DNA from: Ylistrum balloti
Taxonomy: Eukaryota
Length of the DNA: 64,000 bases
Direction of reading: 5' to 3'
Assembly: GCF_031769215.1 (NCBI RefSeq)
Contig: NW_026782231.1
Coordinates: 1,550,001-1,614,000 of the forward strand
Shown here one piece after another: positions 51,816-64,000 of this stretch. The translations under genes were made by a program, and so were the position numbers. Under the pieces are notes generated by a model. That model was not told the DNA's origin. It did not search any database and saw only the letters and a list, made by a program, of their open reading frames with translations. Every line of letters starts with the position of its first letter. Position 1 is the stretch's first letter.

Positions 51816-53029
51816 TTCAACATTCCTCTTTTTTCATTGGCAGTACTCGTTGCCTGCTATAAGATAGGTCATTAATGTCTTTTCCAATGTCTTCCCATGC
51901 CTTGTCGTTCCATACACTTAGTGAGGATAAAGGGTGAAAACTCTAAGAGATTGACCTATAACATGGTCCCAGATATATTTCATCCCGAACCGAATATGAA
52001 GTTTTCATCACAATGCTACCTAGCATTGGTATGGATCATGCTTATGCGCTTTAGCTCTCGTTTCTTGCTTCTATTCTTTCGTCATTCCTTCTTTCCTCTT
52101 CCTTTTCTTCTTCCTCACCTCCATAGCAATCCTTGCATTCTTCTCTCCCACACTGCCCCTCCCTGTCGCCCCGCCCCACTCACCCACCCAAGGGAAGTAT
52201 GACTCAGGTTTGCTCTACTAGCTTAAATTGGTATCCCCGTGATATCAATTTACACGACATTATAAATATTTGATACTCTCACTGATGTTATCTGCCGTCC
52301 TCCGCCGTATCTGTGGAGAATCACCGACATCTTGATTGTCACGGTACAGGTAACAGTTTTATATGAAAAGAAAAAAGGTTTCAATTAATTTGACGGGGCG
52401 GTATTGTTTGTATTGTGTTTAGTTTATATTACAGTATTTGTTCTGAACATATTGATCAATCGCCAACAATTGTCGCAATGTTTGCCTTTATGTTGCAGGT
52501 AAACGAACTCATGATTATTCACGTGCAAGCTTCTATTTCCTTACTCCTCATGTCTCGTGAGACGGATGCACATGCAGGCATGCATCGGAATTCGTCCAAG
52601 ACAATAGGGGTGTATTGAGGCGTGCAGAGACTGTCTGTCTGGTGGGCGCCTGTAGATAGGAATTCATTACTGTATTGGGTACGTGCAACGCATTAGCCTT
52701 TATTTACTTGATGGAGGAAAACTATGAAACCGACATAGAAATATTCTCAAAATAATCAGGAAACGCTATATCTCCTAGGATGTCAGGGAGCGAGGTATCA
52801 GGAATTACGGAAAATGTCGACTCATGAAGTCGAGGAATGGGGTTCTGTGATTACAGAACCTGAAATATCAACCCAGGACGTGAGACAGAGAAAGGTAATA
52901 AAAATAACGGGTAATTTCGGCAAAGGAAGTCAGAGAACAAGGAAGAAATAATTAATGAAATGACGAGTCATGAAGTCAGGTAACAAATAAAGAAAATGTC
53001 GACTGATGACGTCAGGGAAGAGGTACTGG

Positions 53030-54596
53030 AATAACGGGAAATGTCCTCTCAGGAAGTGAAAGGACGAGATAACAAAAATAACGGGAAATGTCCTCTCAGG
53101 AAGTGAAAGGACGAGATAACAAAAATAACGGGAAATGTCCTCTCGGGAAGTGAAAGGACGAGATAACAAAAATAACGGGAAATGTCCTCTCGGGAAGTGA
53201 AAGGACGAGATAACAAAAATAACGGGAAATGTCCTCTCGGGAAGTGAAAGGACGAGATAACAAAAATAACGGGAAATGTCCTCTCGGGAAGTGAAAGGAC
53301 GAGATAACAAAAATAACGGGAAATGTCCTCTCGGGAAGTGATTGGACGAGATAACAAAAATAACGGGAAATGTCCTCTCGGGAAGTGATTGGACGAGATA
53401 ACAAAAATAACGGGAAATGTCCTCTCGGGAAGTGAAAGGACGAGATAACAAAAATAACGGGAAATGTCCTCTCGGGAAGTGAAAGGACGAGATAACAATA
53501 ATAACGGGAAATGTCCTCTCGGGAAGTGATTGGACAAGATAACAAAAATAATGGGAAATGTCCTCTCAGGAAGTGAAAGGACGAGATAACAAAAATAACG
53601 GGAAATGTCCTCTCAGGAAGTGAAAGGACGAGATAACAAAAATAACGGGAAATGTCCTCTCAGGAAGTGAAAGGACGAGATAACAAAAATAACGGGAAAT
53701 ATCCTCTCGGGAAGTGAAAGGACGAGATAACAAAAATAACGGGAAATGTCCTCTTAGGAAGTGAAAGGACGAGATAACAAAAATAACGGGAAATGTCCTC
53801 TCAGGAAGTGAGGGGATGAGATAACAAAAATAACGGGAAATGTCCTCTCAGGAAGTGAGGGGATGAGATAACAAAAATAACAGGAAATGTTCTCTTAGGA
53901 AGAGAAGGGACGAAATAACAAAAATAACGGGAAATGTCCTTTCGGGAAGTGAGGGGACGAAATAATAAAAATTACGGGAAAATAACGGGAAATGTCCTCT
54001 TAGGAAGTGAAAGGACGAGATAACAAAAATAACAGGAAATGTCCTCTCGGGAAGTGAGGGTATGAGATAACAAAAATAACAGGAAATGTCCTCTCGGGAA
54101 GTGAGGGGATGAGATAACAAAAATAACAGGAAATGTTCTCTTAGGAAGAGAAGGGACGAAATAACAAAAATAACGGGAAATGTCCTTTCGGGAAGTGAGG
54201 GGACGAAATAATAAAAATTACGGGAGATAACAAAAATAACGGGAAATGTCCTCTCGGGAAGTGAGGGTATGAGATAACAAAAATAACAGGAAATGTCCTC
54301 TCGGGAAGTGAGGGTATGAGATAACAAAAATAACAGGAAATGTCCTCTCGGGAAGTGAGGGGATGAGATAACAAAAATAACAGGAAATGTCCTCTCGGGA
54401 AGTGAGGGGATGAGATAACAAAAATAACAGGAAATGTCCTCTCGGGAAGTGAGGGGATGAGATAACAAAAATAACAGGAAATGTCCTCTCGGGAAGTGAG
54501 GGGATGAGATAACAAAAATAACAGGAAATGTCCTCTCGGGAAGTGAGGGGATGAGATAACAAAAATAACAGGAAATGTCCTCTCGGGAAGTGAGGA
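53030..54596. repeat. Minisatellite, 47-bp unit, about 33 copies, with diverged flanking copies (about 52740-54760)
   Basis: Unit gggaaatgtcctctcgggaagtgaaaggacgagataacaaaaataac; 47-aa ORF periodicity. Confidence 0.97.
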
Positions 54597-56106
54597 AAAG
54601 AACAAAATGTCTTCTTATGAAGTCAAAGACCGGGGACGTGAATTAACAGAAATCATCCTCTCATAAAGTCTAGGAACGAGGTTACAATGATGCCGAGAAA
54701 TGTCTTCTCATGAAGTAAGGGAGCGAAGCACCAGAAATATTGGACAGTGACATCTGATGAAGAGAGAAAGGAATCTGAAACGGAAGGGAAGAAAGACTTA
54801 GTGGAAATATAGAGGACAAAAATCAGCATTGGTCGACGCTATCTCAACAGTTATTGACTGAAAAAACAATCGACACAAAACGAACTTGTTAAATACTATC
54901 ATCAGGATGTCAGCTCCGAAATGTTTGAAATCTTTGGGAGTCGAATTATAAAGATATTCACCGTAAAACATTCACATCCGCGTTCAATTGATTCCGTTCC
55001 AATGGAAATCTTTATCCTTCTCCTTTGTGCTGACACCGAAGCCTTTGGTGCAGATGCCCTGTAATTCAGAGTTGCCAGGACCAGAATAGCTTCGTTTGAG
55101 TCACGTGACGAAACAGTTTTTAAGAATACCGCACCGATGCCATTGTTTTCAATCAACATGTATAATTATAGATTTAATTTTGTTTTATGGCAATACGGAA
55201 TATCATTTCCAACAAAATGCACAAAACGCGTTTTTTTATTCGTCCCTTGGATGTTAGAGAATCCGATTAAGATAGTTTGTGTATGTTTGGTTAGATGTGT
55301 AACCCACTAAGGAGATTTGATTAGCTGATCAATACGACACTCCAGTCTCAGAAAACTGCGTTTCGTCTATATGAATGACCCACAGGCATTGCACGTGACA
55401 CGGTGACGTGTGCAGTGATATGGTTGACTGGACGTGCGTACTTGAGGCTTTTTTTAATGTGGTGAAATAATTTGGTGACATGATTCGTTTCAGGTCTACT
55501 TAGCTTTTTGAATAACTACCCCCTTTATAAAATGGAATCGATAGTACAACCTATCTGGGCCATTCCATTCTGGTCTATAGGAGTAAAATAATCCAATCTT
55601 CATCAGCGATTAAAAAAAAAAGACAAGTTGATGTTTGGTTTGTCTCTGTTTCACAATCGTTAAACAGGGTATTGTATTTGTATTGATGGCTATGTTGTTC
55701 TTGCATGTGTGAACCCCATTAATTGGACACCTAGACAGCTGAACTCCCCAGAAATTGTACAATTTGATGTAGGTACACTGCAGCATGTGAGTCATTGTTA
55801 CCTGTTCTAATTACTAACTGGGTGTGAATCAGAGTAAGTAAGAAACAAAACATAAAGACAGTTGTAATTCAAATTTATCGACATACATTTCGGATTTGTT
55901 TTGATGGTATATGATACTCTTAAACATCGTCTGTTTTGAGTCATAGACATTTTTTATCGATGTTTGCCGCATTGAGTCTCTGGTGTGTGTTAGTCATGTT
56001 GAAAAACAGGTGGTATCGCCTTCATGTCAAGGTCCTGTAAAGCTTGGAACGCATCGATACAAACTTGTCGATGGATACTGTTATAATACATTATCGAGAA
56101 TAATGA

Positions 56107-56360
56107 CCGATAACACACAAACATGTCCTGAAACAGAACATGATAACCGATAACACACAAACGTGTCCTGAAACAGAACATGATAACCGATAACACACAA
56201 AAGTGTCCTGAAACAGAACATGATAACCGATAACACACGTAAGTGTACTGAAACAGAACATGATAACCGATAACACACGTAAGTGTACTGAAACAGAACA
56301 TGATAACCGATAACACACAAAAGTGTCCTGAAACAGAACATGATAACCAATAACACAAGT
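56107..56360. repeat. Minisatellite, 40-bp unit, about 6 copies
   Basis: Unit gataacacacaaacatgtcctgaaacagaacatgataacc; starts at 56109 and 56149. Confidence 0.95.
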
Positions 56361-56403
56361 GTACCGGAAGAGAAAATTATATCCGATAACACATACAGCT
56401 GTA

Positions 56404-57748
56404 GATCTAGTACCAATCATTACTGTCGCTATATCTAGTACCCATCATTACTGTCGCTATATCTAGTACCCATCATTATTGTCGCTTCATCTAGTACCCA
56501 TCATCACTGTCGTTATATCTAGTACCCATCATCACTGTCGTTATATCTAGTACCCATCATTACTGTCGCTATATCTAGAACCCATCATCACTGTCGCTAT
56601 ATCTAGTCGCTATATCTAGTACCCATCATCACTGTCGCTATATCTAGTACCCATCATTACTGTCGCTATATCTAGAACCCATCATCACTGTCGCTATATC
56701 TAGTACCCATCATTACTGTCGCTATATCTAGTACCCATCATTATTGTCGCTATATCTAGTACCCATCATTACTGTCGCTATATCTAGAACCCATCATCAC
56801 TGTCGTTATATCTAGTACCCATCATTATTGTCGCCTCATCTTGTACCCATCATTACTGTCGCTATATCTAGTACCCATCATTATTGTCTTGTACCTATCA
56901 TGCTGTCGTTATATCTAGTACCCATCATTACTGTCGCTATATCTAGAACCCATCATCACTGTCGCTATATCTAGTACCCATCATTACTGTCGCTATATCT
57001 AGTACCCATCATTACTGTCGCTATATCTAGTACCCATCATTATTGTCCCCTCATCTAGTACTAATCATTATTGTCGCCTCATCTTGTACCCATCATTGCT
57101 GTCGTTATATCTAGTACCCATCATTACTGTCGCTATATCTAGTACCCATAATTACTGTCGCTATATCTAGAACCCATCATCACTGTCGCTATATCTAGTA
57201 CCCATCATTACTGTCGCTATATCTAGTACCCATCATTACTGTCGCTATATCTAGTACCCATCATTACTGTCGCTATATCTAGTACCCATCATTATTGTCG
57301 CCTCATCTTGTACCCATCATTGCTGTCGTTATATCTAGTACCCATCATTACTGTCGCTATATCTAGTACCAATCATTACTGCCGCTACATCTAGTACCCA
57401 TCATTACCGTCGCTTCATGTAGTACCCATCGTTACTGTCGCTACATCTAGTACCCATCATTGTCGACGCTATATTTGTTGTCCGTCATTATTGATGCTAT
57501 ATTTAGTGTCCGTCGTTATTGATGCTATATCTAGTGTTCGTCGTTATTGATGCTATATCTAGTGTCCGTCATTATTGATGCTATATTTAGTGTCCGTCAT
57601 TATTGATGCTATATTTAGTGTCCGTCATTAATGATGCTATATTTAGTGTCCGTCATTATTGGTGCTATATTTAGTGTCCGTCATTATTGATGCTATATTA
57701 ATTGGCCGTCATTATTGATGCTATAAATAAGTGCACGTCATTATTGAC
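56404..57748. repeat. Minisatellite, 28-bp unit, type A (about 56404-57475) then type B (about 57476-57748)
   Basis: A: atatctagtacccatcattactgtcgct; B: atatttagtgtccgtcattattgatgct; same length and alignable. Confidence 0.95.
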
Positions 57749-60581
57749 TTTTAAATAACCCACCCCCCACCCCCGTTTTTCTATACCGACTTAGATTTTC
57801 AATTAAAGGTCTTGTGTTACTTGACATTTATCAACAATCCACATTGTTTAAGAAAGACATTTCTCATTCTTGTTGTACCAGTCAACAGCAGTAGACAAAA
57901 ACCTGTGGAACACAGAGTAGAGAAGTGCTTGGCTAGGGTGGTTTTTTTTTACATACGGTTATTTGTAAACCTTGGCGAAGTGTGAGACATACAATACCAA
58001 TAGAATTTACTAATTATTTTCAAAACAATTTTCTTCCGGAACGAAGCAAAGTGTGGTAAACAGGATACCATTCTATCCCAATTAACATTTTAACGGAATT
58101 TTCGTTGAATGTACTAAAGCTGAGATACGTGTGGTTCGTTCTATCAGTACCGAACACGGAATAAATGTCGTGTTTTAATTCAAAATCAATCGTTGTTGTT
58201 ACAGTTATGTTCCGATAAATTAAATCAGTGGAGTGTGGCTGAGAAATGTTATTGTGATTGGTTCGTACTCGGGGTTGTTAGAGATAATTTAATCGCCATG
58301 TCTACTTGTTTTACACAGGAAGTTAATTATAACTGCTGTACAAGTAGTATCACAAATTCAATCCATTTTACACGAGATGAAACATGTATTGAAGGGAGAC
58401 AACTACTTGATACAGTGTCTAAATGCGTGTCCTTTTCTGAAGTTGACCACGAGGAAATAAATATACTTAAAATACGAGGTACAAGATGGCTTTATACAGT
58501 CGTTTTTATCATCAAATGAACAACATGAAAGTTATCTGAAGGAGGTCAAAGGTCAAGTGACACAAAGTCTCTTTGCCTTTGGCTCGTCCGGGTTCTCATT
58601 ATACAACAGTGTTAAAACAATAGTCGTCATAACCTGACTCGTATTCCATATTTCCATGTACTAGACACAAGTCTCGGCACAAATAAGGAAGTGATTTTCT
58701 TGTTCACCAGAACGACTGAGACCGTCGACAGTGTGTTTTATCTACCAGTGTAATTATATGTAGCAGTCTCCATTCTCCTACAATTTTCGAGACATTTCCT
58801 TGACATTTCTTTGTATGCTTCGAGTGTAATAAATTTGTGTGCTCCTGTTCACCATACACTTCCTGGAATGAAAGTGTCTTGTTTATTTCCTTTACGAACG
58901 CCATTTGCTACTGTCACAAATTACACACGGCGCCCCAAAGTCAGTAGAGATATGCAGGCGCCATATTGTCAGTTTGGTTAGCATGTACTAGCACTAAGTA
59001 ATCAATTTGATTGTAATTTGTTAGGAGCCCTGTAATACTGCGAGACATTGTATAGGGCAAATTGTCAATTGTATTCGTAAATAGATTTTAATAAATTAAG
59101 TTAGATAAGAGAAATAAATGATAAATGTAAAGATTTATCAATACTGAAATATCCCCCAATAAACTGTGGACGATTTGATTAATTCAGAATGTATTGCCGA
59201 ATAGGATGTTTTATACCTAACCACGGAACACGTTCACATCATTAATATTACTATTCCCTTCTTGCCTCCGAGGATGACATTCCAAGTGTACATCGAATGA
59301 CCTTGACCTACTTCTCTGTAGCACTTGGGGTGACAAGGTTGTCTGGTCCTGCAGACGTTCCAATAGGAAAGTAAAGACATGATGGTCAACCCCGAAGGAA
59401 ATGATTTTGACTGGATTCGGCGTAAATCACACAGGGGCCAATTAATGTCCATGTGGATGTCCGGTACGGTCATTACGGTCAGACTGAAGCGAAACAGTGG
59501 TCACTTGAGGATATAGTGCGACCTTTTACTCTTATTTTTAAGATATAAAGAAATATCCAAAGTATAGTTGTGATCATTCGGGAGGGAGCTCAAATAAATG
59601 TCATTTTCACAATATGGCGATACTGTAAATCATCATCATCGTCGTCGTCATGGTCGTCGTGGTGGTCGTTGTCTTCAATAAACGACACTTGCCATAGACA
59701 TGTCCTATAGTTTAAATATTGATGTGGGAAGATTTGACTCGGTCGTAAACTACAATTGGATAAATAGAACTGAGTATAAACTTTAATGATGCTGTTGCCA
59801 CACATGTGAGTTTAATGGTCCTTAAAAGTTACCCGGACAAGTTGTAAAATGGAAGCTTTATAAAATATTTCGCTAGCATGAGGGCGACGTCTGTACATTT
59901 AACCTCGTGCGTTCAGTGTCACCGTGGCATACGAACCCTTGTAACTATTGAATCATACATGGGTTATGGTAGCGTTTCTAACGCCGAATTTGTTGTGACC
60001 AGCAGAAGTCCTTACTGACACCGGAACTCATGAAGAATTTACAACGTTTAGACGCAAGTCTGTTCACTTAACCGCGGGAATGTCTTTCGTGATCTTTATC
60101 TCAAGGTCACTCCAAGAGCGAACTACCATTAATTTTAACTGGTGGGTAATTCTAACAAAATAATTAACTCAGACAAACAAATCTATCAACTTCAAGAGTC
60201 CCATTTAATACTCTCGTCAAGGCCGGTATCACATGAAGGTCACCTACACATTCGGATACTGTACCTTTGGAATATAACCATCGAACATGGCGGTACAAAA
60301 TATCATTATTCTTGATTACTGTCTAAGGTAACGAATCCGTGACCCCCGTGTAACATTGACACTACACTGTATACATTATGGAATAAAAGAGGTTATTATC
60401 TATTTCAGTGTCTCCTGTGGCATCTGAACTTGGTCCCTCTGGTTAGCTAGTCTGAGGAGGTCCCGATACCCGAGCGATGTATAGTAGCTAGAATTTACCA
60501 GGGTTACATACATAGTATATTGAACGACGAAAAAAAAAATTACTGCAGATAATATATAACTTCACGTTACAAACTTAGCCG

Positions 60582-62340
60582 ACTATGACAGACAACATCC
60601 GATAATCGCAAAATCTACAGGATTAGTACCCGACCATGACAGACAACACCCGATAATCGCAAAATTCACAAGATTAGTACCCGACCTTGACGGAAAACCT
60701 CCGATAACCGATAAGACCACAAAATTAATTCCGGACCATGACAGACATCATTCGATAATCGCAAAATCCACAAGATTAGTAACCGACCATGACGGAAAAC
60801 ATCCGATAATCGCGAAATCCACAGGATTAGTAACCGACCATGACAGACAACATCCGATAATCGCGAAATCCACAGGATTAGTTCCCGACCATGACAGACA
60901 ACATCTGGTAATAATGAAATCCACAGGATTAGTACCCGACCATCGCAGACAACATCCGATAATCGCGAAATCCACAGGATTAGTACCCGACCATGACACA
61001 CAACATCCGATAATCGCGAAATCCACAGGATTAGTTACCGACCATGACAGACATCATCCGATAATCGCGAAATCCACAGGACTAGTACCCGACCATGACA
61101 GACAACATCCGTTTATTGCGAAATCCACAGGATTTCTACCCGACCATGACAGACATCATCCGATAATCGCGAAATCCACAAGATTAGTATCCGACCTTGA
61201 CAGAAAAATCTGATAATCGCGAAATCCACAGGATTAGTACCCGACCATGACGGACAACATCCGATAATCGCGAAATCCGTAGGATTAGTACCCGACCATG
61301 ACACACAACATCCGATAATCGCGAAATCCACAGGATTAGTAACCGACCATGACAGACAACATCCGATAATCGCGAAATCCACAGGATTAGTTCCCGACCA
61401 TGACAGACAACATCCGATAATCGTGAAATCCACAGGATTAGTACCCGACCATGGACAACATCCGATAACATCCGATAATGACAGCGAAATCGAAATCCAC
61501 AGGATTAGTTACCGACCATGACAGACATCATCCGATAATCGCGAAATCCACAAGATTAGTATCCGACCTTGACAGAAAAATCTGATAATCGCGAAATCCA
61601 CAGGATTAGTACCCGACCATGACGGACAACATCCCATAATCGCGAAATCCGTAGGATTAGTACCCGACCATGACACACAACATCCGATAATCGCGAAATC
61701 CACAGGATTAGTAACCGACCATGACAGACAACATCCGATAATCGCGAAATCCACAGGATTAGTACCCGACCATGGCAGACAACATCCGATAATCGTGAAA
61801 TCCACAGGATTAGTACCCGACCATGGCAGACAACATCCGATAATCGCGAAATCTACAGGATTAGTTACCGACCATGACAGACATCATCCGATAATCGCGA
61901 AATCCACAGGATTAGTAACCGACCATGACAGACAACATCCGTTTATTGCGAAATCCACCGGATTTCTACCCGACCATGACAGACATCATCCGATAATCGC
62001 GAAATCCACAAGATTAGTAACCGACCTTGACAGAAAAATCTGTTAATCGCGAAATCCACAGGATTAGTACCAGACCATGACGGACAACATCCCATAATCG
62101 CGAAATCCGTAGGATTAGTACCCGACCATGACACACAACATCCGATAATCGCGAAATCCACAGGATTAGTAACCGACCATGACAGACAACATCCGATAAT
62201 CGCGAAATCCACAGGATTAGTTCCCGACCATGACAGACAACATCCGATAATCGTGAAATCCACAGGATTAGTACCCGACCATGGCAGACAACATCCGATA
62301 ATCGCGAAATCCACAGGATTAGTTACCGACCATGACAGAC
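60582..62340. repeat. Minisatellite, 51-bp unit, about 34 copies, with an approximately 458-bp higher-order repeat
   Basis: Unit ccgaccatgacagacaacatccgataatcgcgaaatccacaggattagtac; variant ttgacagaaaaatctg at 61197, 61569 and 62027. Confidence 0.96.
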
Positions 62341-63404
62341 AACCTCTGAAAGGTTAATACCCGATCAGGACAGTGTGAATGATCAGCGTCGGATCATAAA
62401 TCTATTCTGCCTACGATTTTTTAAAAATTAATTCGAAAATCGAAAGGTTATCGATGTCAGCAGACTAAAACCTTGGACCAGTTGAGGATGTTCAGTAGAG
62501 GATTCCGAGGTTCGTCGACCGACAGACGGTGTTGAACGGCATGGTGAACTTGATTTACGCTGTCTCGTGGAAACATTTAAACGAGCCAGCCATCAGTACA
62601 GATATTTCTATCGATCTCAAATGTCTGTGAAATACTAGTATTTGTCAGTATGGAGGGGCTGTTGATGCTGGAGTACTTCGGACATGTCCAGGTACTGTAT
62701 AGAGACTGTGGTGTAGGACAGCACATCGATTCTCTACAAGGATTCAAAACTATGGGGCATTAAAAAAAATTTAATTTTTATCAAATCTCGGGAAAAGGAA
62801 GCTGTGTTTTCCTTTGTATCCATGGGAACCATTCAGTGCCTGCAGAGATTCCTCTAGTATGTGTGGATAATGAAGAAAGTTTTTGATTTTTGAAGTAGGT
62901 CAATCCTAATGGTTGATCGGGAACTCGTTCCCCGTATCATGTAGATATTTGATACTGAACTGTTATAGATTTCCTTCATCAATTCTGTTGATTGATTTAT
63001 CTTAGAAAATTCTTTTTTTTTCTTCTTTAGCCCTTAAAAACGTTTCTTTCTCGGCATCTACAGGTTCCACTGTGAGACTGAAGTGTCCGGTTCTTTACTT
63101 GTACCGAAATGGCTAAAATCTTTCACAAATTAAAACTAAAGTCGAAAAACGTCTGTCAATAAATACAAAATGTTGAGATTAATTTCAACAGAAATTACCT
63201 TATTAACGTACAAGAAATAAACGGTTTCTAATATCATATCTAATTGTTTATGTAAAACACGGAATTAATTAATTGAGACTTTGTTTTTAACACATTACCC
63301 GTGTCACATGACCACCTCATATCAGTCAGGTAGGAGTTTCATTCATCAAATTTGTAAATTAACTCACGTGTCTCATAATCACAACAGCAAACACATGAAA
63401 GTCG

Positions 63405-64000
63405 TCCGACTGTCTCACCACGGATCGTTCCATTGTCTCACCACGGATCGTCCCACTGTCTCACCACGGATCGTCCCATTGTCTCACCACGGATCGTCCA
63501 ACTGTTTCACCACGGATCGTCCCACCGTCTTACCGCGGATCGTCCCACTGTCTCACCGCAGATGGTCCCATTGTCTAACCGCGGATCGTCCCAATGTCTC
63601 AACAGGGATCGTATCATTGTCTCGCCATGGATCGTCCCATTGTCTCACCACGGATCGTCCCACTGTCTCACCACGGATCGTCCCACCGTCTAACCGCGGA
63701 TCGTCCCACCGTCTAACCGCGGATCGTTTCATTGTCTCACCATGGATTGTCCCACCGTCTAACCGCGGATCGTTTCATTGTCTCACCATGGATTGTCTCA
63801 CTGTCTAACCGCGGATCGTCCCATTGTCTCACCACGGATCGTCTCACTGTCTAACCGCGGATCGTCCCATTGTCTCACCACGGATCGTCCAACTTTCACC
63901 ACGGATCGTCCCACTGTCTCACCACGGATCGTCTCACTGTCTCACCACGGATGGTCCCACCGTCTCACCACGGATGGTCCCACTGCCTCACCACGGATGG
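63405..64000. repeat. Minisatellite, 23-bp unit, running off the window end
   Basis: Unit ccactgtctcaccacggatcgtc; 23-aa ORF periodicity. Confidence 0.95.

Noticed and set aside
54752-54790. CTGATGA-aga...tct-GAAAC hammerhead-like string
   Set aside because: Only a 3-bp stem II, with no complementary stem I or III or NUH cleavage site found.
58193-58904. ORFs at 58193-58519 (+) and 58704-58904 (-) as genes
   Set aside because: The first overlaps HINE-type motifs (aagggagacaact, aggtcaaaggtcaagtgac), and neither shows a known domain.
59379-59520. NDFDWIRR as a MAM-domain motif
   Set aside because: Flanking residues do not fit MAM (no preceding C-x-W, no following TGP-x-x-DH) and the ORF is short.
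60445-60495. CTGAGGA-ggt..acc hammerhead-like string
   Set aside because: Followed by CGAGC rather than GAAA, so the core is not canonical.
13092-62314. Long ORFs in the track (13092-13617, 23142-23544, 35531-36709, 37184-39281, 45910-46516, 52930-54605, 60666-62314) as genes
   Set aside because: All coincide with tandem arrays, their peptide period equals the DNA unit period, and they are often open in several frames or on both strands, which composition explains.
636-64000. Tandem arrays as CRISPR arrays
   Set aside because: Units are head-to-tail with no unique spacers, no cas genes are present, and the context is eukaryotic.

Overview
AT-rich eukaryotic genomic DNA, most likely from a bivalve mollusc (inferred from Helentron-associated Pearl/HINE-type elements, a Deu-domain SINE fragment and the very high minisatellite load). 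I cannot support any intact protein-coding gene; nearly all long ORFs in the supplied track are read-throughs of tandem repeats. About 22 unrelated tandem arrays with 22-74 bp units cover roughly 19 kb (about 29%). Best-supported non-repeat features: (1) a decayed, internally deleted irritans/Himar1-like mariner transposase on the minus strand (31255-31787) with one terminal inverted repeat, cut off by a 35-bp minisatellite that appears to derive from the transposase's own helix-turn-helix coding sequence; (2) a 963-bp solo LTR (49005-49967) with TGTAA...TTACA ends and an ATAC target-site duplication; (3) a truncated HINE (33281-33840); (4) a Deu/Nin-domain SINE fragment (40022-40135). CpG density switches sharply near 27.4 kb: the left side is strongly depleted and the right side is not. 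Together with a promoter-like segment and a perfect splice donor at about 28.0-28.2 kb, this suggests an unidentified minus-strand gene whose methylated, mostly intronic body fills the left 27 kb. I found no convincing novel multi-gene system. Coordinates and counts are by hand, and family assignments rest on recalled motifs rather than searches.
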